A stretch of DNA of 64,000 nt from Planctomycetota bacterium (GTDB lineage Bacteria > Planctomycetota > UBA1135 > UBA2386). The stretch covers positions 2,144,001 to 2,208,000 of the forward strand of contig OZ245838.1 in NCBI GenBank assembly GCA_965228735.1, given 5' to 3'. Every line of letters starts with the position of its first letter. The stretch's first letter is position 1. The notes beneath the pieces were generated by a model. It saw only the letters and a list, made by a program, of their open reading frames with translations, searched no databases and was not told the origin of the DNA. The translations under genes and the position numbers were made by a program. Positions 29,883 through 41,499 of the stretch are shown here, in pieces.

Positions 29883-30959
29883 ATGCGAGTCCCCCATGTC
29901 GCCATCGCCTTCGCGGCGACCCTGCCGTTCGCCGATGCCGCCGCGGCCCAGTCGCCGTGGCAGTTCCTGCAGAAGAAGTACGACAAGGACGGCGACTCGG
30001 CGGTGACACCCGCGGAGTACGACCGCGGCGCCGATCGCTTCGCCAAACTCGACCGCAACGCGGACGGCAGGATCACGGCCAGCGACTTCGAGAAGGAAGC
30101 CGACGGCGGCCCACCGAGGGGCTACATGCTGCGACTGTGGAGTCAGCTCGGGCGCACCGCCGACCTGAACCACGACGGCCAGGTGCCGCCCGCCGAGTGG
30201 CGCACGTTCGTCGGCGGACTCCCGACCGGCGACGACGGCGTGCTCGGCAAGACGGCGCTGCCGTTCTTGCAGAACACGCAGGGGATCGCCCGTCGCGCGC
30301 CGCGTATGTTCGACGCCGACAAGGACGGCGACCTCACGCCGGACGACCTCGACGCGTTGTTCGGCCGGCTCGACGTGAACGGCGACGGCACGCTGCAGCG
30401 CGCCGAACTCGGCACGCATCCGATCGTCGGCGAGCTGGCGCCCGACTTCGAACTGCCGCTCCTGTCCGACACGAAGACGAAGGTGCGCCTGTCGAGCTTC
30501 CGCGGCAAGCAACCGGTCGGGCTGATCTTCGGCTCCTATACCTGACCCCCGTTCCGCAGCTCGGCCGGTCGGCTGAGGCAGACGCATCGACGGTTCGGCA
30601 AAGATGCCGCGATCTTCGTCGTCTACGTCAAGGAAGCGCATGCGCTCGACAGCGACTGGCCGATGGAGTTCGGCAACATCGAGGACCCGACCAACCTCGC
30701 GGAGCGCGCGGCCGTCGCGAGTACGTGCATGGCCGATCTCGAGCTGCCGATGCCCGCCCTCATCGACGAGCTCGACGACGAGATCGCGACCACGTATGGC
30801 GCCCTGCCCGATCGGCTCTACGTAATCGGCAAGGACGGCAGGGTGACCTATGCCGGTGGCCAGGGGCCGTTCCTGTTCGACCCGGGCGCGTTCGACCGCG
30901 CGCTGGCGCGGGCCGTTGCGGCCAACGAGAAGACGGTCAGCGAGCGAAGGGACCGTTGA
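29883..30959 (+). CDS. EF-hand + iodothyronine deiodinase-like selenoprotein (Sec at TGA 30543-30545)
   Basis: Reading through the TGA gives LIFGSYT-U-PPF...VYVKEAH..DW...YGALPDRLYVI, joining ORFs 29883..30545 and 30663..30959 in one frame. Confidence 0.9.
30556..30579 (+). promoter_or_regulatory. Bacterial SECIS-like hairpin
   Basis: ctcggcc-GGTC-ggctgag 7-bp stem (one G-U pair); loop begins 21 nt after the UGA. Confidence 0.75.
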
Positions 30960-31010
30960 TCGCGCGGGACGATCGGCAAGCGGCCGGCGACCCGGTATCC
31001 TCGTCCGGCC

Positions 31011-32513
31011 ATGCCACTTCTTCGCACCTGCACTCTCGCCACCTCGCTGGCCGCTCTCCTCACCGTTCCCGCCACCGCCCAGGGTGACGAGTGCAGCAAC
31101 GCGCTGCCCGTCACCGTCGGCACGTACGGCCCGTTCGACTCCACGAGCGCGACGACGTCGCAGCCGGCGTGGGGCTGCGCCTCCGGCGGCAACGACCTCT
31201 GGTTCGTCGCGCTCGCGAACGCCAACGGCTCGGCGACGTTCGACACGTGCGGCAGCGGCTTCGACACGTGCATCGAGGTCTTCGACGGCACGGCCGGCTG
31301 CACCAACCTGACGAGCATCGCGTGCAACGACGACTCGTGCGGCACGCGCTCGAGCGCGACCGTTGCGGTCACGGCGGGTCAGCAGCTCTACGTTCGCGTC
31401 GGGGGCTGGAACAGCCGCGCCGGCGCGTTCGTCCTCAACGTCAGCGGCGACATCGGCCCGGAGACGAGCCTCGCGACCGCCCTGGACTACGGCGCCGGCT
31501 GCTACCAGGAACGCGCCACGTTCTACGAGCACATCAACGACCCGGCGAACTTCGACCTGTCGATGTCGTCGTTCACGATGCTGGCCACGGGCACGGGCGG
31601 CTACACGGTCATCGCGGGTATCGCGCCGTTCGTGCAGCCGACGCCGAACGCCGTCAACCTCGGCATGGGCGACGACACGCAGTCGACGCAGACGCTGACG
31701 ACGCCGTTCCCGCACGCGGGCACGACGCTCTCGTCGCTGGTCGTCTACTCCAACGGCTTCGTCGCGACGGGTTCGAGCAACGCGACGCTCGGCACGATCG
31801 TCACCAACAACTTCTTCGACGAGCCCGACGCCGCGTGGCGCAACTGGCACGACTACGATCCGTCGACCGGCGGCCAGGTCACCTTCGAGGAGATCGGCAC
31901 GACGGCCTACTTCACGTGGACCGACGTCCCGGACTGGAACGTGCCGGGCAGCATGAGCACGTTCCAGTTCCAGTTCGACTCGGCGACGGGGAACGTGACC
32001 TACGCGTTCGAGCAGATGAGCCTCACGGGCAGCGGCGGCGGCGGCAACGGCCACATCGTCGGCTACTCGCCGGGCGGCATCTCGCTGCGCCCGGCCGAGC
32101 TCGACCTCAGCACGGCGCTGCTCGCCTCGATCTCGGTCGACGCCGCCGACGGTCAGGAGCTCACGCTGTCCGCCGACGCGCGGCCGCTGCTCGGCTCGTC
32201 GATCAACGTCGTGACGCTCGACGTGCCGGCCACGGCGGCGCTCGGCGTGCAGATCTTCGGCCTCAACCAGGTCAACCCGGGGACGGACCTCGCGGCGTTC
32301 GGCATGGCCGGCTGCCGGCAGTACCTGAGCACGGACGCGAGCGGCATCCTCGTCCCGGTCGGCGGCACCGCGTCGTGGCCCGTGAACACCCCGACGTCCG
32401 CCACGTTCGCCGGCGTCGCGATCTTCGCGCAGTCGCTGATGCTGGTTCCGGGCGTCAACCCGTTCGGCGCCCTCACGAGCAACGGCGTCACGCTGCGCTT
32501 CGACGTCAATTAG
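31011..32513 (+). CDS. Secreted protein with Cys-containing N-terminal domain and conserved C-terminal module
   Basis: Signal peptide (PATAQ); DECSNA, FDT..V..G..C....ACNDDSCG; C-terminal FGMAGC...FAQS...NPFG..SNG. Confidence 0.8.
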   Translation: MPLLRTCTLATSLAALLTVPATAQGDECSNALPVTVGTYGPFDSTSATTSQPAWGCASGGNDLWFVALANANGSATFDTCGSGFDTCIEVFDGTAGCTNLTSIACNDDSCGTRSSATVAVTAGQQLYVRVGGWNSRAGAFVLNVSGDIGPETSLATALDYGAGCYQERATFYEHINDPANFDLSMSSFTMLATGTGGYTVIAGIAPFVQPTPNAVNLGMGDDTQSTQTLTTPFPHAGTTLSSLVVYSNGFVATGSSNATLGTIVTNNFFDEPDAAWRNWHDYDPSTGGQVTFEEIGTTAYFTWTDVPDWNVPGSMSTFQFQFDSATGNVTYAFEQMSLTGSGGGGNGHIVGYSPGGISLRPAELDLSTALLASISVDAADGQELTLSADARPLLGSSINVVTLDVPATAALGVQIFGLNQVNPGTDLAAFGMAGCRQYLSTDASGILVPVGGTASWPVNTPTSATFAGVAIFAQSLMLVPGVNPFGALTSNGVTLRFDVN

Positions 32514-32525
32514 CCGGCTTCGCTG

Positions 32526-32586
32526 GCTAGTTGGGTACGGTGCCTCGTTGGGTACGGTGCCTGGTCGGGCACCGTACCCAACTAGC
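32526..32586. repeat. 19-bp perfect inverted repeat with an extra internal direct copy (REP-like / bidirectional terminator)
   Basis: gctagttgggtacggtgcc (32526-32544) ... ggcaccgtacccaactagc (32568-32586); second gttgggtacggtgcct at 32547. Confidence 0.8.
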
Positions 32587-32596
32587 GTGATCCTGG

Positions 32597-34432
32597 TCAG
32601 CGAAGCGGGCTGTCGGCGACGCGCGGCGCCCGGTGCTTCTGCAGCAGCACGAGGATCAGCTGCACGTCGGGCTGGCGCACGCCGGGCACGCGTGACGCCT
32701 CGCCGAGCGTGAGCGGGCGGCGCTGCTGCAATCGTTCGCGTGACTCCGCGCTGAGTCCGGGCACCGCCGCGTAGTCGAAGTCGGCCGGGATGCGCCTGTG
32801 CTCCATGCGCTGCAGCCGCTCGACCTCGAGCCGCTGCCGCGCGATGTAGCCCTCGTACTTCACCTCGGCTTCGAGCTCGCTCCGTTCCGCCGCCGTGAGG
32901 TGCAGCGCGCTGCTCGCGGCACTGCGTTGGATCACGAAATCGACCGTGACCTCGGGCCGACGCAACCACTCGGTCAGCGTCTTGCCGTCGTGCCGCACGG
33001 TGTCGCAGAGCTTGCGCGCCGCCCGGATGCGGCCTTCTTTCAGGCGCACCTGATCGGCGAACGCCGTCTCGACGAGACCGAGCCGCTCCGCCAGCGGCAG
33101 CAGGCGCCGATCCGCATTGTCGCTGCGCAGGAGCAGGCGAAACTCGGCGCGGCTCGTGAACATGCGGTACGGCTCGCTCGGGTTGACGCGGCACAGATCG
33201 TCGATCATCACGCCGAGGTAGCCGGTCGCACGATCGATCACGACGGCGTCCTCCCCCCGTGCGAACCGCGCCGCGTTGACGCCCGCGACGAGTCCCTGCC
33301 CCGCGGCTTCCTCGTAGCCGCTCGTGCCGTTGATCTGCCCGGCTGCGAACAGCCCCGCGAGCGTCGCCACCTGCAGGTCACCGCGGATCTGATCGGTGAC
33401 GATGTAGTCGTACTCGACCGCATAGCCCGGCCGGACGATCTCGACCTCCTCGAGCCCCGGGATCGTGCGCAGGAACTGCCGCTGCACGGCTTCCGGCAGG
33501 CTCGTGCTGATGCCGTTGGGGTAGACCTCGGGCGAGTCGCTGCCTTCGGGCTCGAGGAAGATCAGGTGCTTGGGCTTGTCCGCGAAGCGCACGACCTTGT
33601 CCTCGACGCTGGGGCAGTAGCGCGGCCCGCTGCCCTGGATCCGCCCGCGGAACATCGGCGAGGTGTGCGCGTGCTCGCTGATGATCGCGTGCGTCCGTTC
33701 GTTGGTGTAGGTCAGCCAGCACGGCACCTGCTCGACGTCGAGCCGTTCGGTGCGGAACGAGAACGGCTGGGGCGGGTCGTCGCCGAGCTGCTCCTCGAGC
33801 GCCGACACGTCGATCGTGTCGCGGTGCAGCCGCGGCGGCGTGCCCGTCTTGTGCCGCCCGAGCCGCAGGCCGAACGACCGCAGTGACTCGCTGATCCGCG
33901 ACGCCGCGCCCTCGCCGTGACGGCCACCTGCCGCCTCCCATTCACCCGCGAAGAGCCGGCCGCCGAGGAACGTCCCGGTCGTGAGCACGACGGCGGGCGC
34001 GTGCAGCTCGGTGCCGTCGGCGAGCTCGACGCCGCGCACGCGGTCCCCGTTCGCGAGCACGCGCACGGCTTCGCCGGCCACGACCTCGAGCCCGGGCCGG
34101 GCGAGCACGCGCGCGACCATCTCGCGGTTGTAGGCCGCCCGATCACACTGCGCGCGCGGCGACCGCACGGCCGGTCCCTTGCTCGTGTTGAGCATGCGGA
34201 ACTGGATGCCCGTGCTGTCCGTGCAGAGCGCCATCTCGCCGCCGAGCGCGTCGACCTCGCGCACGAGCTGTCCCTTCGCGAGGCCGCCGATCGCGGGGTT
34301 GCAGGACATTCGCCCGATGGCCTCGGGATCGAGGACGACCATCGCCGTCCGGCGGCCGAGCCGGGCGGCGGCACTCGCCGCCTCCACGCCCGCATGGCCG
34401 CCGCCGATCACGATCACGTCGAAGTCCCGCAC
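32597..34432 (-). CDS. mnmG: tRNA uridine-5-carboxymethylaminomethyl modification enzyme
   Basis: GGGHAGVEAA, MSCNPAIGG, KTGTPPR, GPRYCPSVEDK, AGQINGTSGYEEAA. Confidence 0.97.
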   Translation of the reverse strand: MRDFDVIVIGGGHAGVEAASAAARLGRRTAMVVLDPEAIGRMSCNPAIGGLAKGQLVREVDALGGEMALCTDSTGIQFRMLNTSKGPAVRSPRAQCDRAAYNREMVARVLARPGLEVVAGEAVRVLANGDRVRGVELADGTELHAPAVVLTTGTFLGGRLFAGEWEAAGGRHGEGAASRISESLRSFGLRLGRHKTGTPPRLHRDTIDVSALEEQLGDDPPQPFSFRTERLDVEQVPCWLTYTNERTHAIISEHAHTSPMFRGRIQGSGPRYCPSVEDKVVRFADKPKHLIFLEPEGSDSPEVYPNGISTSLPEAVQRQFLRTIPGLEEVEIVRPGYAVEYDYIVTDQIRGDLQVATLAGLFAAGQINGTSGYEEAAGQGLVAGVNAARFARGEDAVVIDRATGYLGVMIDDLCRVNPSEPYRMFTSRAEFRLLLRSDNADRRLLPLAERLGLVETAFADQVRLKEGRIRAARKLCDTVRHDGKTLTEWLRRPEVTVDFVIQRSAASSALHLTAAERSELEAEVKYEGYIARQRLEVERLQRMEHRRIPADFDYAAVPGLSAESRERLQQRRPLTLGEASRVPGVRQPDVQLILVLLQKHRAPRVADSPLR

Positions 34433-34677
34433 GCGGGCACGATCCGCGGGCGGGCGGGTCGACGCAAGGGCCGTCCGTCAGCCCAGGACCGGTGTCGAAC
34501 GGGCGTAGATCGCGCGCAGCAGCAGGCGATGGCGCAGCACGTAGTTCCACATACCCGTCTCATCGGCAAATCGCCGCTGGCAGCTTCAGCCCGCGCGACT
34601 GCCGGCGCGCCGCGCGTTCGGCGACCCGGTGGCGCGGCCGAGGCCCCGATTGCATTCGGAGCCGACCACCACCTACG

Positions 34678-36003
34678 ATGCCGTTGATGCGCGTCCCGCA
34701 CCTGCTGCTCGCGGCCGTCCTGACCCTGCCACTCGCGACCCCTCTGGTGGCCCAGGTCTCGCTCGCCGAACTCCCCGACCTCGCCCGCGCGCGCGCCGAA
34801 CGCGCCCGCCCGGCGGCCATCGCCGCGCTCGAGCCGTTCCTCCCGGACCTCAAGCTGTCGTATCGCAGCAGCTACAAGTTCATGGACGGGGTCATCGAGA
34901 AGGTCGCCGAACTCGGCGACAGCGTCGTGCCGCTCCTGCTCGAAATGCTCGAGCCGAAGCAGAACAGCGAGGCGGCCCGCAACCTCGCCGGCAACGCGCG
35001 CCGCGTCCTCGAGAAGATGGACCCGTCGTCGTTCGTCGACGCGCTCGCCGAGCTGCTCAAGAGCCGCTACGAGACGACGCGGCGCGAGGCGATCCGCCTG
35101 CTCGGCCTGGCGCGCACACCGCAGGCCGCGCGCCTGCTCGTCGATCTGCTGCAGAACACCGCCGGCGAGAACCGTGTGCTCGTGCTGCAGTCGCTCGCGC
35201 GCCACGGCACCAAGGCCGGCGCGTCCTACGCGGTCCAGCTGCTCGGGAACAAGGACTCGGACCTGCGCGCGAACGTCCTCGACTACCTCGCGGCCGCGCG
35301 CGCGGGCTCGGTCTCCGACCTCGTCGCGGACGCGCTCAGCGTCGAGCGCGACGACCGCCTGCTGATGCGCTACATCCACTACTTCGGCCGCGCCGTGCGC
35401 CAGAACGACCGCGCTGCCCGCGCGCTGCTCGGCCTGCTCGGCGAACGCGTCGACTGGCAGGACACCCGGCAGATCGTGCGCGCGCTCGCGAAGGTCGCGC
35501 CAACGGAGCACGAACCCACCGTTCGCCGCCTGCTCGAGCTCATCGAGGACGAGAAGGACAACTCGCTCGCCGTCGAGACCGCGGTCACCCTGCGCGCGCT
35601 CGGCGAACGCGCCGGCGTGACGAAGGTGAAGCGCAACCTCGACGACCAGCTGCGCCGGCCGGCGCGCCGCCGCGAGACCGCGCTCTACCAGCAGCGCGCC
35701 AACCTGCTGTTCGCGATCGGCGACTTCAGCGAAGCGGCCGACGACTACGAGAAGATCATCGAGTACAGCGGTGGCGTGTCGATGACGCGCATGGCCTACA
35801 TCGGGCTGATGCGCTGCGAGGCGCACCGCGGACGCCACCGCGATCTCGTCAAGGTGATCCGCGACTCGGGGTTCACCGTCGCCGAGATCGAAGCCCTCGC
35901 GATCGACGACGAGGTGATGCGCGAGGCTCTCGAGCACGACCGCGTGAAGCGGGCGCTCGACAAGATCCGCGAAGAACGTGCGCCGAAGCTGCCGAAGAAA
36001 TAG
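34678..36003 (+). CDS. Secreted HEAT/TPR repeat protein
   Basis: Signal peptide (PLVAQ), HEAT-like helices, C-terminal TPR. Confidence 0.75.
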   Translation: MPLMRVPHLLLAAVLTLPLATPLVAQVSLAELPDLARARAERARPAAIAALEPFLPDLKLSYRSSYKFMDGVIEKVAELGDSVVPLLLEMLEPKQNSEAARNLAGNARRVLEKMDPSSFVDALAELLKSRYETTRREAIRLLGLARTPQAARLLVDLLQNTAGENRVLVLQSLARHGTKAGASYAVQLLGNKDSDLRANVLDYLAAARAGSVSDLVADALSVERDDRLLMRYIHYFGRAVRQNDRAARALLGLLGERVDWQDTRQIVRALAKVAPTEHEPTVRRLLELIEDEKDNSLAVETAVTLRALGERAGVTKVKRNLDDQLRRPARRRETALYQQRANLLFAIGDFSEAADDYEKIIEYSGGVSMTRMAYIGLMRCEAHRGRHRDLVKVIRDSGFTVAEIEALAIDDEVMREALEHDRVKRALDKIREERAPKLPKK

Positions 36004-36013
36004 CTTGGGCCGC

Positions 36014-36631
36014 ATGGCGCGCGTTCTGCCCCTCACCCTCGCCGCCCTCGCCGCCCTCGGCGCGACCGCCGGCTGCGCCGGCGCACCGTCGGAGCAGGAA
36101 CGCACGGCCGCCCAGCGCGCCGGCCTGCCCGCGCCGGATCCCGCGGCGGAACGGATCGGCCGCGCGTTCGCCTACGCCCGCACCGGCGACACCGCCGCGA
36201 TGAAGCAGGCCCTGACGCCGGACTTCGACGTCGACGTCCGCAACGACCGCGGGGACACGCTGCTGATCCTCGCGAGCTACGCCGATCACACCGAGACGGC
36301 GCTGCTCTTGCTCGAGCGCGGCGCGGGCGCGGACGAGCGCAGCGCGGACGGCATGTCCGCCCTCACGGCCGCGGCGTTCCGCGGCAACCTGGTGCTGATG
36401 CGCGCCCTGCTCGACCGCGGCGTGGCGCTCGATCCCCGCGGCAATTCGGGACGTACGCCGTTGCTCTGGGCCGCGTTCGGCGGCAGCGACGCGGCCGTCG
36501 ATCTGCTGCTGGAGCGCGGGGCCGCGATCACCGCGCGCGACAGGAACGGGCAGGGCGCGGCCGAGCTCGCAGCCGCGCAGGGCCACACGGCGCTCGCGGA
36601 ACGGCTCGCGAAGCTCGCGGCGGGCCGCTGA
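36014..36631 (+). CDS. Ankyrin repeat lipoprotein
   Basis: GDTLLILAS, GMSALTAAA, GRTPLLWAA repeats; TAGC lipobox. Confidence 0.88.
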   Translation: MARVLPLTLAALAALGATAGCAGAPSEQERTAAQRAGLPAPDPAAERIGRAFAYARTGDTAAMKQALTPDFDVDVRNDRGDTLLILASYADHTETALLLLERGAGADERSADGMSALTAAAFRGNLVLMRALLDRGVALDPRGNSGRTPLLWAAFGGSDAAVDLLLERGAAITARDRNGQGAAELAAAQGHTALAERLAKLAAGR

Positions 36632-36767
36632 CCGCGAGCGGGACCCGACCTCGAGCAGTTCGCCGGCGCGGATGCCCCGCATCGCTGTTGACCGGGCCCG
36701 GCGGCGCCGCGATGATGCTGCGCCGAATTCAACGCCCGCTCGCCCAGCCGCAACCAGCGATCACCCA

Positions 36768-38075
36768 ATGTCGACCATGGAAGTCCAGGTAGCCGAGACC
36801 GGCCCCTGCAGCCGTTCTCTGACGATCACGGTCCCTCAGAAGCTCGTCGACGAGCACCTCGACGAGGTGTTCGCCTCGGCGCAGGAGCAGGTCCAGATCA
36901 AGGGCTTCCGTCCCGGCAAGGTGCCGAAGGCGATGATCGAGAAGCGGTTCGGCGACAGCATCCGCAAGGAGGCCAAGGACCAGCTGCTCAACCGGTACTT
37001 CGGGCAGGCGTGCCAGGAGAACGAGATCCAGCCGATCGGCAACATCCAGATCGACGACATCGAGAAGCTCGAGGTCAAGCGCGGCACGGCGCTCGAGTTC
37101 GTGGCCCGCATCGACGTGCGCCCGACGATCGAGCTCGGTGACCTGACGGGCATCGAGGTCGAGGCCTACGAGCCGGCGGCGACCGACGAGGACATCGACA
37201 AGGCGCTCGAGCAGATCGCGCACGAGAAGCGCAAGATGCAGGTCACCGACGAGGCCGCGATCGATGGCGACTTCCTCAAGGCGGACCTCACGTTCCTCGA
37301 CGAGGACGGCAAGACGGTGCGTGAGCGCAAGGGTGCGCAGCTGCAGACGCGGCGCCCGATCAACGGCTGCGACGAGGAGGCCTACACCAAGGCGGTGCTC
37401 GGGCTGACCGTCGGCAAGGCCGCGGAGATCGACCTGACCTTCCCCGAGAACTTCGAGGTCGAAGAGGTCCGCGGCAAGAGCGGCAAGGTCAAGCTCGTGG
37501 TCGAGGAGATCAAGCGCGTCACGCCCGCGCCGATCGACGACGAGCTCGCCAAGGGTCTGGAGTTCGAGACGCTCGCGGACCTGCGCCAGGATCTCGGCGA
37601 GCGCATCAGCGCCGAGAAGGAGCGGGCCGGCAAGCAACGCCAGGAGGAGCAGGCGATCGACCACCTCATGAGCCAGCACCAGTTCGAGCTGCCGCCGTCG
37701 ATGGTCGAGCAACAGGAGCAGGCCGCCCTCGCGGGCCTCGAGCAGCGCCTGCGCGAATCCGGTACGCCCGAAGACCAGATCCCGGCCCAGGTCGAGGCCC
37801 AGAAGGGCGACGCCCGGAAGGAGGCGGAACGCCGGGTCCGGATGTTCTTCCTGATCGACGCCGTCGGCAAACAGCAGGGCCTGCAGGTCACCGAAGAGGA
37901 CGCGCTCGCCGAGATCGGGCAGATCGCGGCGGCCAACAACGTGACCCCGGCGCAAGTTCGGCAACATCTCGAGGAGAACAACCGCCTCGGTGAGCTGGAG
38001 TTGGCGCTCCTCGAGCGCAAGGTGCGCGATTTCCTCAGAGAAAACGCCAAAGCCGTCGATAAGAAGGGCAGTTGA
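36768..38075 (+). CDS. tig: Trigger factor
   Basis: GFRPGKVP signature; precedes clpP-clpX. Confidence 0.95.
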   Translation: MSTMEVQVAETGPCSRSLTITVPQKLVDEHLDEVFASAQEQVQIKGFRPGKVPKAMIEKRFGDSIRKEAKDQLLNRYFGQACQENEIQPIGNIQIDDIEKLEVKRGTALEFVARIDVRPTIELGDLTGIEVEAYEPAATDEDIDKALEQIAHEKRKMQVTDEAAIDGDFLKADLTFLDEDGKTVRERKGAQLQTRRPINGCDEEAYTKAVLGLTVGKAAEIDLTFPENFEVEEVRGKSGKVKLVVEEIKRVTPAPIDDELAKGLEFETLADLRQDLGERISAEKERAGKQRQEEQAIDHLMSQHQFELPPSMVEQQEQAALAGLEQRLRESGTPEDQIPAQVEAQKGDARKEAERRVRMFFLIDAVGKQQGLQVTEEDALAEIGQIAAANNVTPAQVRQHLEENNRLGELELALLERKVRDFLRENAKAVDKKGS

Positions 38076-38196
38076 TCGAACTGTCGGCGTTGCCTATCTG
38101 ATCTGACACCGCGAGGCGTCGGGCCGGGCAGGTCGCCGGGCCGGACGTTGGTCGTCGGGTCGGCGGTAGCCGGCAGGCATCGGACGAGAGACGCGC

Positions 38197-38796
38197 ATGA
38201 GCATCGCCAACGACTACATCATCCCCTTCGTCATCGAGAAGACCGGCCGCGGCGAACGTCAATACGACATCTACAGCCGGCTGCTCGAGGACCGCATCGT
38301 CTTCATCGGTTCGCCGATCGACGACGGCGTCGCCAACGCGGTGATCGCCCAGCTGCTGTTCCTCCAGAAGGAGAACAAGAACCAGGACATCAACCTGTTC
38401 TTGAACAGCCCGGGCGGGAGCGTGACCGCCGGCCTCGCGATCTACGACACGATCCAGTTCGTGCAGTGCCCGGTCGCGACCTACTGCATCGGTCAGGCCG
38501 CGTCGATGGGCGCGCTGCTGCTGGCCGCCGGCACGAAGGGCAAGCGGCACGCCCTGCCGCACTCGCGCATCATGATCCACCAGCCGTGGGGCGGCGTCGG
38601 CGGCACCGCGATCGACATCGAGATCCAGGCCGACGAGATCCTGCGCCTGAAGCAGACGCTGACGCAGATCCTCGCGACGCACACGGGCAAGGACGTGGCG
38701 CAGATCGAGCACGACAGCGACCGCGACTTCTTCATGGGTTCGGAGGAGGCCAAGGACTACGGCCTCATCGACGAGATCGTTCAGACCGCTAAGTAG
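38197..38796 (+). CDS. clpP: ATP-dependent Clp protease proteolytic subunit
   Basis: [32 protein letters not shown]. Confidence 0.97.
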   Translation: MSIANDYIIPFVIEKTGRGERQYDIYSRLLEDRIVFIGSPIDDGVANAVIAQLLFLQKENKNQDINLFLNSPGGSVTAGLAIYDTIQFVQCPVATYCIGQAASMGALLLAAGTKGKRHALPHSRIMIHQPWGGVGGTAIDIEIQADEILRLKQTLTQILATHTGKDVAQIEHDSDRDFFMGSEEAKDYGLIDEIVQTAK

Positions 38797-38849
38797 GCCG
38801 GCCGCGAAGTAGGCCGGCCGCTAAGTAGGCCGGCCGCCAAGTAGCGGCC
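38786..38849. repeat. 16-bp tandem repeat x4 beginning in the clpP stop region
   Basis: ccgcNaagtaggccgg units at 38786, 38802, 38818 and 38834 (last degenerate). Confidence 0.85.
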
Positions 38850-39002
38850 GCCGCAACCCCAACCGCCGCACCGCGCCAGCGCCGGCGGTGGGCGGCACCA
38901 TCTTCCGTGGAATGGGGAGGGGCGCCGCGCCGCGGACGTTGGTAGACTGTGGCGGCACCGGGGGGCTATGACCTCGCCGGTCCGTGGACTAGGACTCAAG
39001 AC

Positions 39003-40299
<1,297 letters not shown>

Positions 40300-40307
<8 letters not shown>

Positions 40308-41475
40308 TACGCCGGTTACCGATACGCCCGAGTCCGATGCGCCGGGTTTCGATACACCGGGATCCGATACACCGGGATCCGGCACGCCGGGATCGGATCG
40401 ACCCGAGGAATCCAGCCCGTCGAAACAGGCGCCCGCCGCGGCAGGATCCGCGCTCACCGACCTGTCCGACGAAGCGCTGCAGGCGCTCGTTGCGGAGCAC
40501 GGCGGCAAGCCGTTCCAGGCGCGCCAGATCGCCCACTGGCTCTACAAGCACGGCGCGGATTCGTTCGACGGGCTGAAGAACGTGCCGCAGCGGTTGCGCG
40601 ATGCGCTCGCCGCGACCCACACGGTTCGTTCGACGACGATCCAGCGGTCCGAACGCGCCGCGGACGGCACCGAGAAGCTGCTCATCGGGCTCGCGGACGA
40701 CGACGCCGTCGAGTGCGTGATCATTCCCGAGGGCGAGCGCACGACGCTGTGCGTCTCCACCCAGGTCGGGTGCCCGGTCGGCTGCATCTTCTGCGCATCC
40801 GGCCTCGGCGGCGTCCGCCGCAACCTGACCGCGGGCGAGATCACCGAGCAGGTGCTGCACGCGCGTTCGCGGCTCGCGGACGACCAGCGGCTCACCAACC
40901 TCGTCGTCATGGGCATGGGTGAGCCGATGCTCAACCTCGAGGGCCTGCTGCCGGCCCTGGCGCGCATCCACGACGGCGACGGCATCGCCATGGGCGCGCG
41001 CCGCATCACGGTCAGCACGTCGGGCTACCCTCGCCAGATGGAGCGCTTCGCCGCGGCCGACCCGTCCTACAACCTCGCGGTCTCGCTGCACGCCGCGGAT
41101 GACGCGCTGCGCCGCGAACTCGTTCCGACCGCGAGTCACCCCGTCAGCGACATCGTCACGGCCGCGCACCGCTACTTCGGACAGAAGGGCCGCGAGGTGA
41201 CCTACGAGGTCGTCCTGCTCGATGGCCGCAACGACCGCCCCGAGGACGCCGAAGAGATGGTCCGCGTGCTCGAACAGCTGCCGTGCACCGTCAACCTGAT
41301 CGCGTGGAACGAGGTCGACGAGATCCGCGAGAACGTCGGCCTGCGACGCCCGCGTGAAGCGCGCGTCGACGCGTTCGCCGACGCGCTGCGACGCGGCGGG
41401 CTCAACGTCACGGTGCGCCGCCAGCGCGGCGCGGACAAGTCGGCCGCGTGCGGTCAGCTGCGCCTGCGGCGCTGA
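40300..41475 (+). CDS. rlmN: 23S rRNA/tRNA adenine-C2 methyltransferase (radical SAM)
   Basis: [34 protein letters not shown]. Confidence 0.94.
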
Positions 41476-41499
41476 CCGCCACGGGCGGCCGCGATCGAT

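Noticed and set aside
30663..30959. Separate 98-aa gene, or a pseudogene split at 30543
   Set aside because: In frame with the upstream ORF; the TGA sits at the deiodinase Sec position with a SECIS-like hairpin.
28893..33194. 1433-aa minus-strand ORF and other long ORFs (11834..14335, 19725..22379, 44527..47523, 55127..57682)
   Set aside because: Shadow frames of real genes in high-GC DNA: Arg/Ala/Gly-rich, no motifs, and overlapping well-supported CDSs.
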